Source: Bacteroidales bacterium
GTDB taxonomy: Bacteria > Bacteroidota > Bacteroidia > Bacteroidales > UBA10428
Assembly: GCA_050295515.1 (NCBI GenBank)
Contig: JBNKPU010000078.1
Location: 27,867 to 91,866, forward strand
DNA length: 64,000 bases
Direction of reading: 5' to 3'
Of the stretch, positions 48,647 to 59,900 are shown one piece after another; the stretch's first letter is position 1, and each line of letters starts with the position of its first letter. Below the pieces are notes generated by a model, which was not told the DNA's origin, ran no database searches, and saw nothing but the letters and a program-made list of their open reading frames with translations. The translations under genes were made by a program, and so were the position numbers.

Positions 48647-50206
48647 CTAATCATTTACATCCCACCAAACATTTACCCAAACGTCCTCTTTGTCTGGTGT
48701 ATTTCGATTATTTGCATATTCAGACTCAGGATAAATCAATCTATGGGGAAACCTTCCACTGGTAACATTATTAACAGATACTGTCAATTCTCCGGGCTCA
48801 TAGTTATTGTCATCTGCAGGAACAGGACTCTTTACAGGATAACCTGTTCTGTTTTGTTCAAAGAAAGTTTCCAGGTTCTGAATGCCCGAAAGTGCAACCC
48901 ATTTCTGTGTGATTATGCTCTTAATATAGGCATCAAGACTACTACCTTCAGATGGAAAAGAATAAGAGCTGCCTAAAAGTGGATCGACATAAAGATCAAC
49001 ATTAGAAATGCCAAATATTCGTCTATAGCTTTCTTTTACACCTTCGTTATACAAATCCCGGGCGACAGAATAATCATCGAGATTATATCGCATTATAGCC
49101 TCAGCCTGAAGAAAATTAGATTCAGACAAACTTAAAAGATATACAGGACTATATGGAAGCATTATTGGTTTGGAATAACTACTGCTATTTGTGCCTGCCG
49201 GTTCGTTCGGAGCATAGTAATTGCCTTGTTCAAGAGCATTATGCGCCCCTCCTCCAGAAGGGGTATTAAAGAGATTATCCATTCGGTCAAAATCATTATT
49301 ATCGCTTAAATAGCTATATAATGTATAACTCAAAACCAGGTTTGGATTACCTCCCAGAAAATTCATTTCTGTTTCATATAAAGGATTTCTTCTACCAGAT
49401 TCATCGGTAAAAACATCCAAGAAAGCATCTGTTTTTAAGAATTTCGCTTCATTCTCATACAAATCCTGTATACCTTGCTCAGCCAATTCAGCACGGACTC
49501 CTGTTTGTCTTAAATAAATCCTTAGCTTTAAGGTATTGGCAAAAGCTTCCCACACATCAATATCACCATTGAATATCAGATCACGTATTCCAATTTCATC
49601 CAACTCATCATTTTTAAAATCCAATGAAAGTGCAAAATCAATCCTGGCAATTAGGCTATCATAAATATCTTGTCCATTCTCATAAATGGGCTCATATATT
49701 CCTGAATTGCCTTTTATGGCTTGAGAAAATGGAACATTATCGTATAAATCCACTAAAACCTGAAATGTATAAGCTTGCATTACAGTAGCAACAAGATAAT
49801 AATTCCATTGACCTGCTTTGTAGGATTCATTTCTGACTTCTTCCAGGTTAGGCAAAGCACCTGAATAAAGTTCACCAAACTGCCTGTCATCAAAAGTACT
49901 TGAGTTGATATCGTATGCATCCAGACCAGAATACTGTGAAGCTCCAGGCGATTGAGTCCAATGCTGAGACCATAATGCTCCTAAAACCTGGTATCTACCC
50001 CCCATTACATAGGCAACAGATGATATCCCTGCCGGAAGGAGCTCTTTAAAATCAACATTATCGTTCGCATCAGGGTTTTTATTTATATCAAGCCAATCTG
50101 AACAGGATGCAAATGTAATTACAACAGCAAAAAGAAAGGGAACGAAAGATTTAGATATTCTCACCCTCACATGTAAAGAATTATATTTTGATAAAGATAC
50201 TTTCAT
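48647..50206 (-). CDS. susD: SusD/RagB-family lipoprotein (copy 2)
   Basis: FASCSDWLDINKNP, LVDLYDNVPFSQA, ESNFLQAEA, IITQKW, RTGYP, RLIYPESE. Confidence 0.92.
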   Translation of the reverse strand: MKVSLSKYNSLHVRVRISKSFVPFLFAVVITFASCSDWLDINKNPDANDNVDFKELLPAGISSVAYVMGGRYQVLGALWSQHWTQSPGASQYSGLDAYDINSSTFDDRQFGELYSGALPNLEEVRNESYKAGQWNYYLVATVMQAYTFQVLVDLYDNVPFSQAIKGNSGIYEPIYENGQDIYDSLIARIDFALSLDFKNDELDEIGIRDLIFNGDIDVWEAFANTLKLRIYLRQTGVRAELAEQGIQDLYENEAKFLKTDAFLDVFTDESGRRNPLYETEMNFLGGNPNLVLSYTLYSYLSDNNDFDRMDNLFNTPSGGGAHNALEQGNYYAPNEPAGTNSSSYSKPIMLPYSPVYLLSLSESNFLQAEAIMRYNLDDYSVARDLYNEGVKESYRRIFGISNVDLYVDPLLGSSYSFPSEGSSLDAYIKSIITQKWVALSGIQNLETFFEQNRTGYPVKSPVPADDNNYEPGELTVSVNNVTSGRFPHRLIYPESEYANNRNTPDKEDVWVNVWWDVND

Positions 50207-53200
50207 TTAGAAATCAACTTTCAGATTAAATGATACACTTCGAACAGAAGGCTGTGCTCCATACTCACCAAAATCTGCTCTTAAATCGTTACCAAAGGTT
50301 GTCAACTCCGGATCAATATAGGTTTGGCCTGCAGGTGTCCACAACCAAAGGTTTTTCCCTGACACACCAATATAAAGCTTTTCAATTGGGGTTTTATTAA
50401 ACCAGTTTGACGGTAAGCCATATCCAATTGTAACTTCCCTCAATTTAACAAATGATTTATCGATAAAAGAGGCTCCATCAAGCTCAGAACCACCATTTCC
50501 CCAGTATTCAACAAGCTTAACCCTGTCCAATGGAATTGTATTTTCGGCATAAACAGGATCGCCATTATCATCCCTGTCTATTTCATATACCGAATTGGGA
50601 AGAATAAAAGGTTCACGGTTGTTGTACAATGTTTCCGGAACTGTTCCGGCCCATTGAGTTATATTTTTTGTTCGTGAGTACATTAGTCCACCAATCCTAT
50701 AATCAAACATAAAACCGAAAGAAAAGGATTTATAGGTGAAATTATTATTTATCCCTCCATAGTATTTATACTGGGAGTTTCCATAGGTCTTAAGATCTTC
50801 GGCTGCTTTTGGCAGGCCCTGGTTATCAACAATCATTTTGCCATCTGAAGTATAGGCCGGAGTTCTTGCCTGGAAAACCCCAACTGGTTCTCCGGGAATA
50901 GCTACCCATGAAATTTGTTGTCCGCCATCAACGCGCAAAGCATTTAATTCTGCTTTTTCGAGTTGAGGGGTCAAAGACTTGAGTTTATTGAAATTTCGGG
51001 TAAAATTAGCAGATATCTCCCAGGTAAAACTTTTTGTTTTTACTGGAATGAATGTCAAAAGCCCTTCAAACCCATAATTCTCCATTTCTCCCAGGTTTAA
51101 CATCTGAAAGCTATACCCAGAGGTATAAGCTATTGGCGAAGCCCAAATTAAATCCTTGGTAGATTTGTTATAAAATGCAACATCCAAGCCAATTTTCCCC
51201 TGAAACATCCTTAGGTCAAGCCCAACTTCGTATTCTGTTGTCATTTCAGGCTTTAGCTCCGGGTTGCCAATAAAGTTGCCCAGTTCATAGGAATTTACGC
51301 CGGTTGATGTAGGATATGAAAAACCACCATATCCATCTGAATGGCCAGCTTGTTGGTACACAGGGTTAACAAAATAAGCGGGTGCACCATTTCCAACCTG
51401 TGCAACACTTGCACGAAGTTTTCCAAACGTCAGGAAATTACTTGCAGATGGCATAACCTCAGTAAAAATAAAACTGGCACTAATACTTGGAAAGAAATAA
51501 GAATTATGCTTTTCAGGTAGTGTTGAACTCCATTCGTTTCGTGCAGTGGCTGACAAAAAAAGTATCCTTTTATAGGAGATATCAGCAGCACCATAAACCC
51601 CAACATTTCTTATCATTGAAGAGGATTCTACGGATGAAGGACTTTCAAGACTGTTTGAAAAATGTGAAAAACCAGTGGTTCCCATGTAGGATACTCCTGT
51701 GGCAAATCCGGTTGACTTTCTTTCGTTGATAACTTGACCAGCCATTAACCCAAGGTCAAAATCTTTGATTGTCTTTTGCCAACTCAGGATAACATCGCTA
51801 TTTAATTGTTGTACATTGCCAAAGCTTCGACTCCTAGCTCCTGGATCAAACACTGATGCAAATTTGTTGTTTCCATCCGGTCTAATTACTTCCCTCCAAC
51901 TTACTATGTTTTCATTCGATATATCGCCACCAAACCTCCATGTGGCCACTATATCAAAAGGCACATTGTAGTTTAACTCAAGGCTCCCATAAATACGTTG
52001 CTCCTGGTTTTTATTCCCATTATTGTATAAAATGTAATAAGGATTTACTGTATAAAGGGAGTAATGATTATCTATATTGTTAAAAACCACATCCTGGTCA
52101 TCTAATTCTAAAAGGCTTATGTCTCGTGGAGTTTGCATTATTTGGTTATAAACAGAAGCATTGCTCTGTCCTGTAGGTACGTAACTATTTGCCTTATTTA
52201 TATAGTTAATTGATGCCGAAACTTTCATTTTGGGACTTATCTCTTGCGAACCCCTTAAGGCAAAAGTATGCTTAGCATAACTGTCAGATTTTGTTGGAAA
52301 AATACCATCCCAAAAGACATTTGAATAAGACACGTAATAAGTGGTCTGTTGGTTGCCACCAGAGACTGATATAGCGTGATTGGTACTTAAACCCGTTTCG
52401 AAAAAATCAGCAACATTGGTAGGTAAAGCACGAAAGGATTTTACACGGATTGAATCACCAACTATATTGCCCCAGGGATGGAACCTGTCGTCAAAAGCAG
52501 GACCCCAGCTCATATTTTCGTAGAGTACATGGTCACCAAAAATCCCCTGGCCAAAATCATTTTGATATTTAACCAAGCGCAAGGGCTCTTCAAATCCAAC
52601 TCCACCGGAATAGCTTACTTTTGCTTTTTGGTTTTTCCGCCCTTTTTTTGTTGTAATAATGATAACACCGTTTGCAGCCCTTGAGCCGTATAGTGCAGTT
52701 CCAGAGGCACCTTTCAAGAATGAAACGGACTCGACATCATCTGTATTGATATCATTGACCTTGTTGCCAAAGTCAGTTCCACCATTTATTGAACTGCTCC
52801 CACTTTGCGAATTATTAACAGGAACACCATCTACAACAAACAAGGGTTGGTTACTGCCACTTAAGGAAGATACTCCCCTAACCATTATCCGGGTTGAAGC
52901 CCCGGGCGCTCCAGAAGCTGAAGTAATATTTACACCGGCAACTTTTCCCTGAAGGGCGTTAAGCATATTTTTATCGGCACCTTTTGTTAATTCATCACTG
53001 TTTACTGAAGTTACTGAATAACCTAAAGATTTGGTTTCTTTTGAAATACCCAGTGCGGTAACTACTACCTCGTCTACATCAAACAAAGCTGTTTTAAGAA
53101 CTACATTAATAATCGCCTGGCCACTTATAGGTTTACTCTGTGTTTCCATTCCAACAAACCTAAATTCTATAACGGCCTTTGGGCTGGAAGCTTTAATTGT

Positions 53201-53386
53201 GTATTTCCCATTCAAATCAGTGATCACACCATTGTCTGTACCTTGTTCAATAACAGAGACTCCTGGAAGCGGTATGTCATCGACATCTGTTACAACGCCA
53301 GAAACACTAACTTCCTGTGCCAAAGCATAAGGCATCAAAAACACAAAGATCAGTACTAATATATGGAGAGGTTTAATGTGATTCAT
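50207..53386 (-). CDS. susC: SusC/RagA TonB-dependent transporter (copy 2)
   Basis: N-terminal extension, DEVVVTALG, QPLFVVDGVP, LKGASGTALYGSRAANGVIIITTKKG, NPELKPE, terminal Phe. Confidence 0.96.
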   Translation of the reverse strand: MNHIKPLHILVLIFVFLMPYALAQEVSVSGVVTDVDDIPLPGVSVIEQGTDNGVITDLNGKYTIKASSPKAVIEFRFVGMETQSKPISGQAIINVVLKTALFDVDEVVVTALGISKETKSLGYSVTSVNSDELTKGADKNMLNALQGKVAGVNITSASGAPGASTRIMVRGVSSLSGSNQPLFVVDGVPVNNSQSGSSSINGGTDFGNKVNDINTDDVESVSFLKGASGTALYGSRAANGVIIITTKKGRKNQKAKVSYSGGVGFEEPLRLVKYQNDFGQGIFGDHVLYENMSWGPAFDDRFHPWGNIVGDSIRVKSFRALPTNVADFFETGLSTNHAISVSGGNQQTTYYVSYSNVFWDGIFPTKSDSYAKHTFALRGSQEISPKMKVSASINYINKANSYVPTGQSNASVYNQIMQTPRDISLLELDDQDVVFNNIDNHYSLYTVNPYYILYNNGNKNQEQRIYGSLELNYNVPFDIVATWRFGGDISNENIVSWREVIRPDGNNKFASVFDPGARSRSFGNVQQLNSDVILSWQKTIKDFDLGLMAGQVINERKSTGFATGVSYMGTTGFSHFSNSLESPSSVESSSMIRNVGVYGAADISYKRILFLSATARNEWSSTLPEKHNSYFFPSISASFIFTEVMPSASNFLTFGKLRASVAQVGNGAPAYFVNPVYQQAGHSDGYGGFSYPTSTGVNSYELGNFIGNPELKPEMTTEYEVGLDLRMFQGKIGLDVAFYNKSTKDLIWASPIAYTSGYSFQMLNLGEMENYGFEGLLTFIPVKTKSFTWEISANFTRNFNKLKSLTPQLEKAELNALRVDGGQQISWVAIPGEPVGVFQARTPAYTSDGKMIVDNQGLPKAAEDLKTYGNSQYKYYGGINNNFTYKSFSFGFMFDYRIGGLMYSRTKNITQWAGTVPETLYNNREPFILPNSVYEIDRDDNGDPVYAENTIPLDRVKLVEYWGNGGSELDGASFIDKSFVKLREVTIGYGLPSNWFNKTPIEKLYIGVSGKNLWLWTPAGQTYIDPELTTFGNDLRADFGEYGAQPSVRSVSFNLKVDF

Positions 53387-53421
53387 AGATGAAATTAGAT
53401 ACTATAATTGAATTAACAAGA

Positions 53422-53429
53422 CAAAGATA
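53422..53429 (-). promoter_or_regulatory. -7 promoter element of susC copy 2
   Basis: TATCTTTG matches TAnnTTTG, 35 bp upstream of the ATG. Confidence 0.6.
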
Positions 53430-53676
53430 AAAGTATTGCGCAATTGAAATAATATTTTTTAAAATTAGAACAAAAAAAAGGGAATACAGATGTGCATAGA
53501 TTATTAAACCTTTGTCTTTTTGGCAATATGTAAGACTTTCTATTAAGATATCGCGATAGATAAGTCTGTAAATATATCTAGCCAGTAAACAACTGCAAAT
53601 GTTAAATAGTGCATTGCTTCCTGGTTTCTAATTTTGTAACCTGTGTCTGACATTTTTTATAGCCTATGTTGTTACA

Positions 53677-54121
53677 TTGTCCGTAGCTTAAAGCTACGTA
53701 CCAAAATATTTATTGCTAATGTAGCAATATTATAAAAAGAAGTCCGTAGGCTAGAACCATAGGGACAACGTTTTGTTTATTTGTTTGCCTCGCTACGAAG
53801 AACGGGGCTTGAATCAAGGAATTAACATACGGTTTTAGGTATAAATTTACGGCAGGTAGGGATTAATACTGTATTGTTGTCCGTAGATTAATCTACGCGC
53901 TTTATATTTTGTTTTTAAATAATTTGCTAAAAAAAATCCGTAGGCAACAGCTTCATTAAAATTACGGTGTTCGATTAGAACCATACAGAGGCAGGAAAAC
54001 TCTTGTACACTGCCAAACCATTGCGGATAGAGTAAAATAAGCAAAGCTTTATTAAAAAGAAAGTCCGTAGCCACAGACTACGGACAACGTTTTGTATATT
54101 TGCGTTCTACACTACGAAGAA
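53677..54121. repeat. Cluster of REP/REPIN-like gtccgtag...ctacggac palindromes
   Basis: Units at 53677-53702, 53733-53802, 53875-53903, about 53930-53947 (partial) and 54053-54121; two of them are about 70-bp direct repeats. Confidence 0.7.
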
Positions 54122-54144
54122 AGGATTAGTAACCTTTTTTCAAC

Positions 54145-54178
54145 AAAAAAGGCCGCCCATTTACTTTTGGGACAGCCT
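54145..54178 (-). terminator. Rho-independent terminator after SusCD unit 1
   Basis: aggctgtccca...tgggcggcct stem plus T-run on the minus strand. Confidence 0.7.
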
Positions 54179-54256
54179 CTTTTAAAATATTAATTTGAAT
54201 TATTTTACAATTTCATAGTCTTTATATTATAAAGAATTCTGTGTAATCATTATAAA

Positions 54257-54730
54257 TCATTCTACAGTGGTAAATCTATGGCCAGCCTCGTAATAATCAT
54301 CAGCTACTACGCCATCAGCATCATAAAGAATTACCTTAAAAACTATACTGTCGTTATTAACAACTTTAGCTTCGCTAATTTCAATAGTTCCTTCCCATTC
54401 TTCATTTACATCAACAGCACTTGTAACTGCAAATGTTGATTTAGAAGTAGCGCTTGCTTTAACTCTAATACCACTGTCATAAATGTTATCAATCCAGATT
54501 GAATCTTTATCGTATGACGTATTATAAATCGTCAGCTGATATGGACCATACCAGAACTCTGATATATCTGCCCCGTTATATTCCGAAACAACCCATGTAC
54601 CCCTGATTTCTTCAAAATCTAAACCACTATCATCTGCTGTTGGCATTACTTTTTCGCAGGAAACAAATGATAATAATAAAGCTAATGCAAAAAACAAAAA
54701 GCTTAAATTTCTTAATTTATTATATCTCAT
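54257..54730 (-). CDS. BT2261-like (Lipid_bd-type) surface lipoprotein
   Basis: Lipobox FVSC; IRGTWVV, TIYNTSYDKDSIWID, AGHRFT; paralog of 47324-47896 (shared DN.Y.SG.R.K). Confidence 0.72.
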   Translation of the reverse strand: MRYNKLRNLSFLFFALALLLSFVSCEKVMPTADDSGLDFEEIRGTWVVSEYNGADISEFWYGPYQLTIYNTSYDKDSIWIDNIYDSGIRVKASATSKSTFAVTSAVDVNEEWEGTIEISEAKVVNNDSIVFKVILYDADGVVADDYYEAGHRFTTVE

Positions 54731-54780
54731 AATTTCATTTTTTTTAAATAACAATTTAAAAGTATAAAACTATTTAACTC

Positions 54781-55518
54781 CTATTGTTGAGTCAAAGTAA
54801 TTTCCCAGACATATCCAACACTCCACTCAACTGTAAGATCGATAGTTTTAGTTCCAGGATCTACTGAAAATGATGTTATACTTGCCGAACCTCCAAAAGG
54901 ACCAACTCCAATAACATCATCATGCGTAAAATCATTGGCAGCGATATCATTGGCAGTAACTGTCATACCAGTTGCTGCATAATCGGGACCGTAACCATAT
55001 TCATGTTCGTACCAGCCACCAATAGCATCTGAAATTGCATATACGCCATCACCCATATCCCTAATAAATATAGGTCCTACAGGTTCTTCGGTAGTATAAC
55101 CGGGAGTTCTGGTCATAACACTTGTATATACTCCAGCAATACTTGTGACGAAATCACCTTGACAAGGAGGCCAATATACTTCACGAAATTCGGTAGCTGG
55201 AATATCGTCCGCATTAAAGGCAGAGTAAGAAATAATGTAAATATCAGGTCCATCTACTGCACTACTCCCAAAATATGTACCAGATAAGCTAGTAGATAAT
55301 TCTATAGCATTTCCAGCGGCTGATGCTTCTGCACCTGGATCGGTATAAGAAGTAGCATCGCAAGCAAGTTCTTCATCACCACCGTTAAGTGTAATCGATG
55401 GCAAGTAGGTTACTTCTGATGAGTCATTTGAACCAGGAGCCTCAACACTCGGTTCGCAACTCGTCATAACCAATCCAAGGATTGGAATTATATATAGTAA
55501 TAATTTAAAATTTTTCAT
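54781..55518 (-). CDS. BT2262-like lipoprotein (DUF5011/DUF5012-like)
   Basis: Lipobox MTSC; VTYLPSITLNG, YTDPGAEA, YSAFNAD, DAIGGWY. Confidence 0.75.
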   Translation of the reverse strand: MKNFKLLLYIIPILGLVMTSCEPSVEAPGSNDSSEVTYLPSITLNGGDEELACDATSYTDPGAEASAAGNAIELSTSLSGTYFGSSAVDGPDIYIISYSAFNADDIPATEFREVYWPPCQGDFVTSIAGVYTSVMTRTPGYTTEEPVGPIFIRDMGDGVYAISDAIGGWYEHEYGYGPDYAATGMTVTANDIAANDFTHDDVIGVGPFGGSASITSFSVDPGTKTIDLTVEWSVGYVWEITLTQQ

Positions 55519-55529
55519 AATTATATTTT

Positions 55530-56981
55530 TTAGTTATCCCAAAATATTTTATCAGTAAGGGTACGTTGTGCCGGAGCATTTGGGTTAAAACTTTTTTCCG
55601 AAGCCGGATATAGGAATGCTGACGGAAATTCGCCCGCAGGAAGTACCGATAAAGGCGGAGTTTGCCATATACCATCAGTAAACAGTCTGCTGGCAGGTCT
55701 GTCAAAACGGCGTGCTTCAATCCAACCTTCATCCTCTTGTGTTCCGTTCAACGATATCCATTTTTGAATACCTATAATATCAAGCTTAGCATCCAAGGTT
55801 GTTGCACCTGCGTAGTTTAAAGAACTAATGTAAGCTGTTGCATCGCCAGCTCCCATATAGGTAAAGTTCGACTGTATTGCATTTGTAAGCGCAGTAGTTT
55901 CATCGTCGGAAGTTCCATAACGGGCTGCAGCTTCAGCTCTTAAGAACCAAACTTCCCAGGGACTCATTAAGATTACAGGATTCATGTCTCCGTAAGCATA
56001 TGTGGAAGACATACTATAATCAGATGCCGGAGCTGTAAAAGGTTCATCGTCTATAGTACCCTGGTCAATACCCCTTAAATTACCTTCAGCATCTCCGGTT
56101 GTAGCTAAAGTATAAAGGGCAAACCTTCGTGGGTCATTTAGACCTTGAAGAGTATCTAACGTTGCATTACTTGCAAAGTAAAAATTACCTACACCCCATT
56201 CAGCTCTTGCGTACATTGGGTTTTGGTCTCCTGAAGCACCTGAATAAGGTATAAATGGCATATCAGCTACTGTTTCAATAAAACTACCGTTAGTCACAAG
56301 AGTTTGTACCAAAGAAGCCTGAGATGCAACTTCTGATGTTCTCAGTAGTATTCTCAATTTAAGTGAATTTGCAAATTTAATCCAATTTGTAATGTCACCT
56401 TGATAAATGAAATCATCATCTCCAACATCGCCTTCTGATAAATCAAATTCTTCAAATGCCTCATCCAGCATAGTAATCAAAGCAGGATATACAGTAGTTT
56501 CAGCATTGTCATAATGTGGAGCCAAATTTGAACCATTCTCAATTGCACCGTTTAGGGCTTCAGTAAACGGAATGTCTCCGAAATGATCCACTAAACCTTG
56601 AAAAATATATGCTTTCAGAACTTTTGAAATTCCCCGATAAGCTGCAGAACTACTATTTTTATCAATGTAATCTAAATCTGCAAGTGAGTTAGCATAAGCA
56701 CGTCGCCAATAACCGTCATTATCGGTACCTGCTTGCACAAAACGTTCCGGATTTCCTATGGCTACACCAATTCCCCATGTATAGTATTGACTCCACATGA
56801 ATGATTCACTGTAATTCAGGTCTGTATCAATAATATAACCCAGATAACCAATGGATGAACTCAATACTTGAGCATCACCTGCGGCCGGGAATGTGTCAGG
56901 GTCTACATTAACATCTTCTAAGCTACACGAAAAGCTGAGTGTTAATAGTAGAAATAAATATATATTTAATTTCTTTTTCAT
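55530..56981 (-). CDS. susD: SusD/RagB-family lipoprotein (copy 1)
   Basis: SFSC lipobox, LVDHFGDIPFTEA, WIKFANSLKLR, EVWFLRAEA, QKWI, YPASE, IFWD. Confidence 0.92.
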   Translation of the reverse strand: MKKKLNIYLFLLLTLSFSCSLEDVNVDPDTFPAAGDAQVLSSSIGYLGYIIDTDLNYSESFMWSQYYTWGIGVAIGNPERFVQAGTDNDGYWRRAYANSLADLDYIDKNSSSAAYRGISKVLKAYIFQGLVDHFGDIPFTEALNGAIENGSNLAPHYDNAETTVYPALITMLDEAFEEFDLSEGDVGDDDFIYQGDITNWIKFANSLKLRILLRTSEVASQASLVQTLVTNGSFIETVADMPFIPYSGASGDQNPMYARAEWGVGNFYFASNATLDTLQGLNDPRRFALYTLATTGDAEGNLRGIDQGTIDDEPFTAPASDYSMSSTYAYGDMNPVILMSPWEVWFLRAEAAARYGTSDDETTALTNAIQSNFTYMGAGDATAYISSLNYAGATTLDAKLDIIGIQKWISLNGTQEDEGWIEARRFDRPASRLFTDGIWQTPPLSVLPAGEFPSAFLYPASEKSFNPNAPAQRTLTDKIFWDN

Positions 56982-56992
56982 AATTTCTTTAT

Positions 56993-59900
56993 TTAGAATG
57001 ATAATTTTAGATTAACTCCCAAAGATCTGGATGAAGGTGTTTGAGTAGATTCAATACCTTGAGCATTACCAGTTAAAGCAGGGCCATTGACTTCAGGGTC
57101 GGCATACTTATTTTCTTTAGGTAGCCAATACCAAAGATTCTTGCCAAAAAGAGCCACTCTTGCATTAGAAATAAATGTTTTTTCTAATAACTTCTTTGGT
57201 AGAGTATAACTAATTTCAACTTCTCTTAATTTCAAATAACTTGCATCTATTAAATGAGTTATAACAGGTGCATCATAATTAGTCCAATAATCCTGCTCTG
57301 TAATAGCAATGGTATTTTCAGAATAAGTTCCATCTTCATTGTCTATAACCGAATTTGGTACAATGTATGGTTGTCTATCGTAGATTGTTGTGTTGATAGC
57401 CGTACCGTTGAATGCAGTTTGGTAACTTGTAAGAGATGCAAATTTACCACCTTTTTTCATGTCTAATAATACACTAAGCCCAAATCCTTTATAAGTACCA
57501 TTCAAACCATAACTCATTAAATAATCAGGTTGGTAATTACCTAAATATTGATCCTCATCAGAATAAACAGGAAAACCTGTATTGGCATCAACAATGACCT
57601 GACCTGCATCATTATACTTAAAATTATTACCTTTAAAGGTTCCAAATGGCAAGCCTTCTTTTGCAACCACATCAATTATAGTACCTGCAGCAAACCCATA
57701 TTGGCCAACATTTAATTCATCCGAGTCATCAGAGATTTTGATAACTTCATTGATGTTTTTAGAATAAGTGGCAAAAAGTTCAAAATTCAATCCGCTAACT
57801 ACTTTATTTAATGGTCTGAGACTAAATGTGAGTTCATGACCTTTATTCTGCATTTCTCCGATGTTTACTGCTGTTGTAGTATAGCCGGTAGATCTTGGCA
57901 AACTAACAACAATTATTTGGTTAGAATGACTTGATTTGTAATAAGTATATGACAGGCTTACCATGTCATTAAAGAAACCCAGATCGGTACCTGCTTCGTA
58001 AGTTGTAGTTAATTCAGGTTTAAGGTCTGGATTACCGATGTTGTTTCCAAGTGTAAAACCGGGCTGGCCATTTTTAGGGAAGAATAATGCATAATCGTCT
58101 AAGTCAACAATAAATGGATTACCTACAAAATATGAATCCAGCAAATATAGAGCTGCATCTTTTCCGGTAGTTCCATAACTTGCTCTTAGTTTAGCTATAT
58201 TCAGAATATCACTCTTAACATCTAAAAGATCCGTAACTATCAGTGAGGTTCCAATGGCACCATACAGAAAGCTGTTGTTTTCTGCAGGAAGTGTAGAGGA
58301 CCAGTCATTTCTTAATGACAATTCTAAAAATGCAGCATTTTTGTAACCAATTGTTGCATTAGCTAAAGCACCATATATAATATACTTACTTTTCGATTGT
58401 GAAGAAGTAGGATTTTCAACACTATTTGCTAAATTGTATGTACCCGGTACAGTTAAGCCACCTACAGTAGTTCCCGTTATAGATGCAGTATTTCTTTGAA
58501 AATAACTGTAACCTGCAGAAGCATCAAGTGTGAAATCTCCTCCAAAAGTCTCAGAATAATTGGCCATGGTCAAGGCATCAATATTTTCAGTTTTTCTGGT
58601 GTAACTGGTATAACTTCCCAATGATTCGTGTTTGGTATTACGCGGAGCAACTTGTAAACCATCCGTCCAAACCAATTGTTCGTTTGGAGTAAATGGAGGT
58701 GTCCATACATCAGTGGTGGTATTCACAATATTACCACCGAAACGTCCTGTTAATGATAAACCATCGAAGATTTCATATGTTAAAGATGCATTTCCAATGA
58801 AGTTGTTGATATTGGCCTCGTTACCATACTCATTTAATATATAATAAGGGTTTACAGATGAATAAGATCCCCAATATCCATTGATATCATGAAATGGGCT
58901 ATTGTAATCTTTCAGCTCGGTAAATGGAATGTTAACCGGAGATTGCACTGCCATAGCATAAGCATTGTTTCCTTCAAAGGGTCTTGCTCCTTCCTGTGCT
59001 GTGTTTTGACGAACGTTAGCATAAGAAACTTTGAAATCTGACCGAAGTTTTTCACTTAATTTTGCCGAAGAATTAACTGCGAAGTTGTTTCTTTTATAAT
59101 AGGTATTATCCAAAATACCGGATTGATCGGTATTTCCATAAGATACATAATACGTAAAATCTTCATTAGAACCAGATATGTTAAGATTGTGGGTTTTAGT
59201 GCTTCCTGTATTAAAGAAATCTTTTAATTGATTTTCGACAGCACTGTAAGGTCTTAGCAGTGCTTCTAATGAACCATCTCCGTCTGAATCAATGGGGGTT
59301 GTCCAAGGTCTCACAACACCATCAAACTGAGGCCCCCACGACCAGTTTTCACCTGAATCAAAATGGGAATTATCATATCCTTGTCCAAATTTGTTTTGAC
59401 GTTGCAAAAGAACAATGGCAGATTCCTGTGAATATGAACCATTGTAATTGACTTTCATTTTTGAGCCTTTAGTTCCCTTCTTTGTTGTGATCAAAACAAC
59501 ACCGGAGGCACCACGCGATCCATAAAGCGATGTAGCATTAGGTCCTTTAAGTATAGTAACACTTTCAATATCATCAGGATTCAAATCGTTAAATCTGTTT
59601 CCAAAATCAGAATAACCGGTAGTAGCATAATCGGTATTTCCACCGGCAGCAGTTGAGTTATCAATCGCAATACCATCAACAACAATTAGAGCATTGTTAT
59701 TTCCGGTAAGAGAACTCTCACCTCTTAATACAATTCTTGTGGAAGCTCCAACAGATCCTGAAGCAGTGGATAATTTAACACCTGCTGTTTTTCCCCTTAA
59801 TGCTTCTAAAGCATTTTTATTTGGAGTGGTTAATAGATCCTCAGATTTTACTGTTTGCGACGCATAAACCACTGCACGCGCATTTCTGTTCGTACCAAAA

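Noticed and set aside
53847-54074. 75-aa ORF in the SusCD spacer
   Set aside because: Begins and ends within REP-like units; no recognisable features
53677-54121. CRISPR array
   Set aside because: Units alternate in orientation, are degenerate and irregularly spaced; no cas genes
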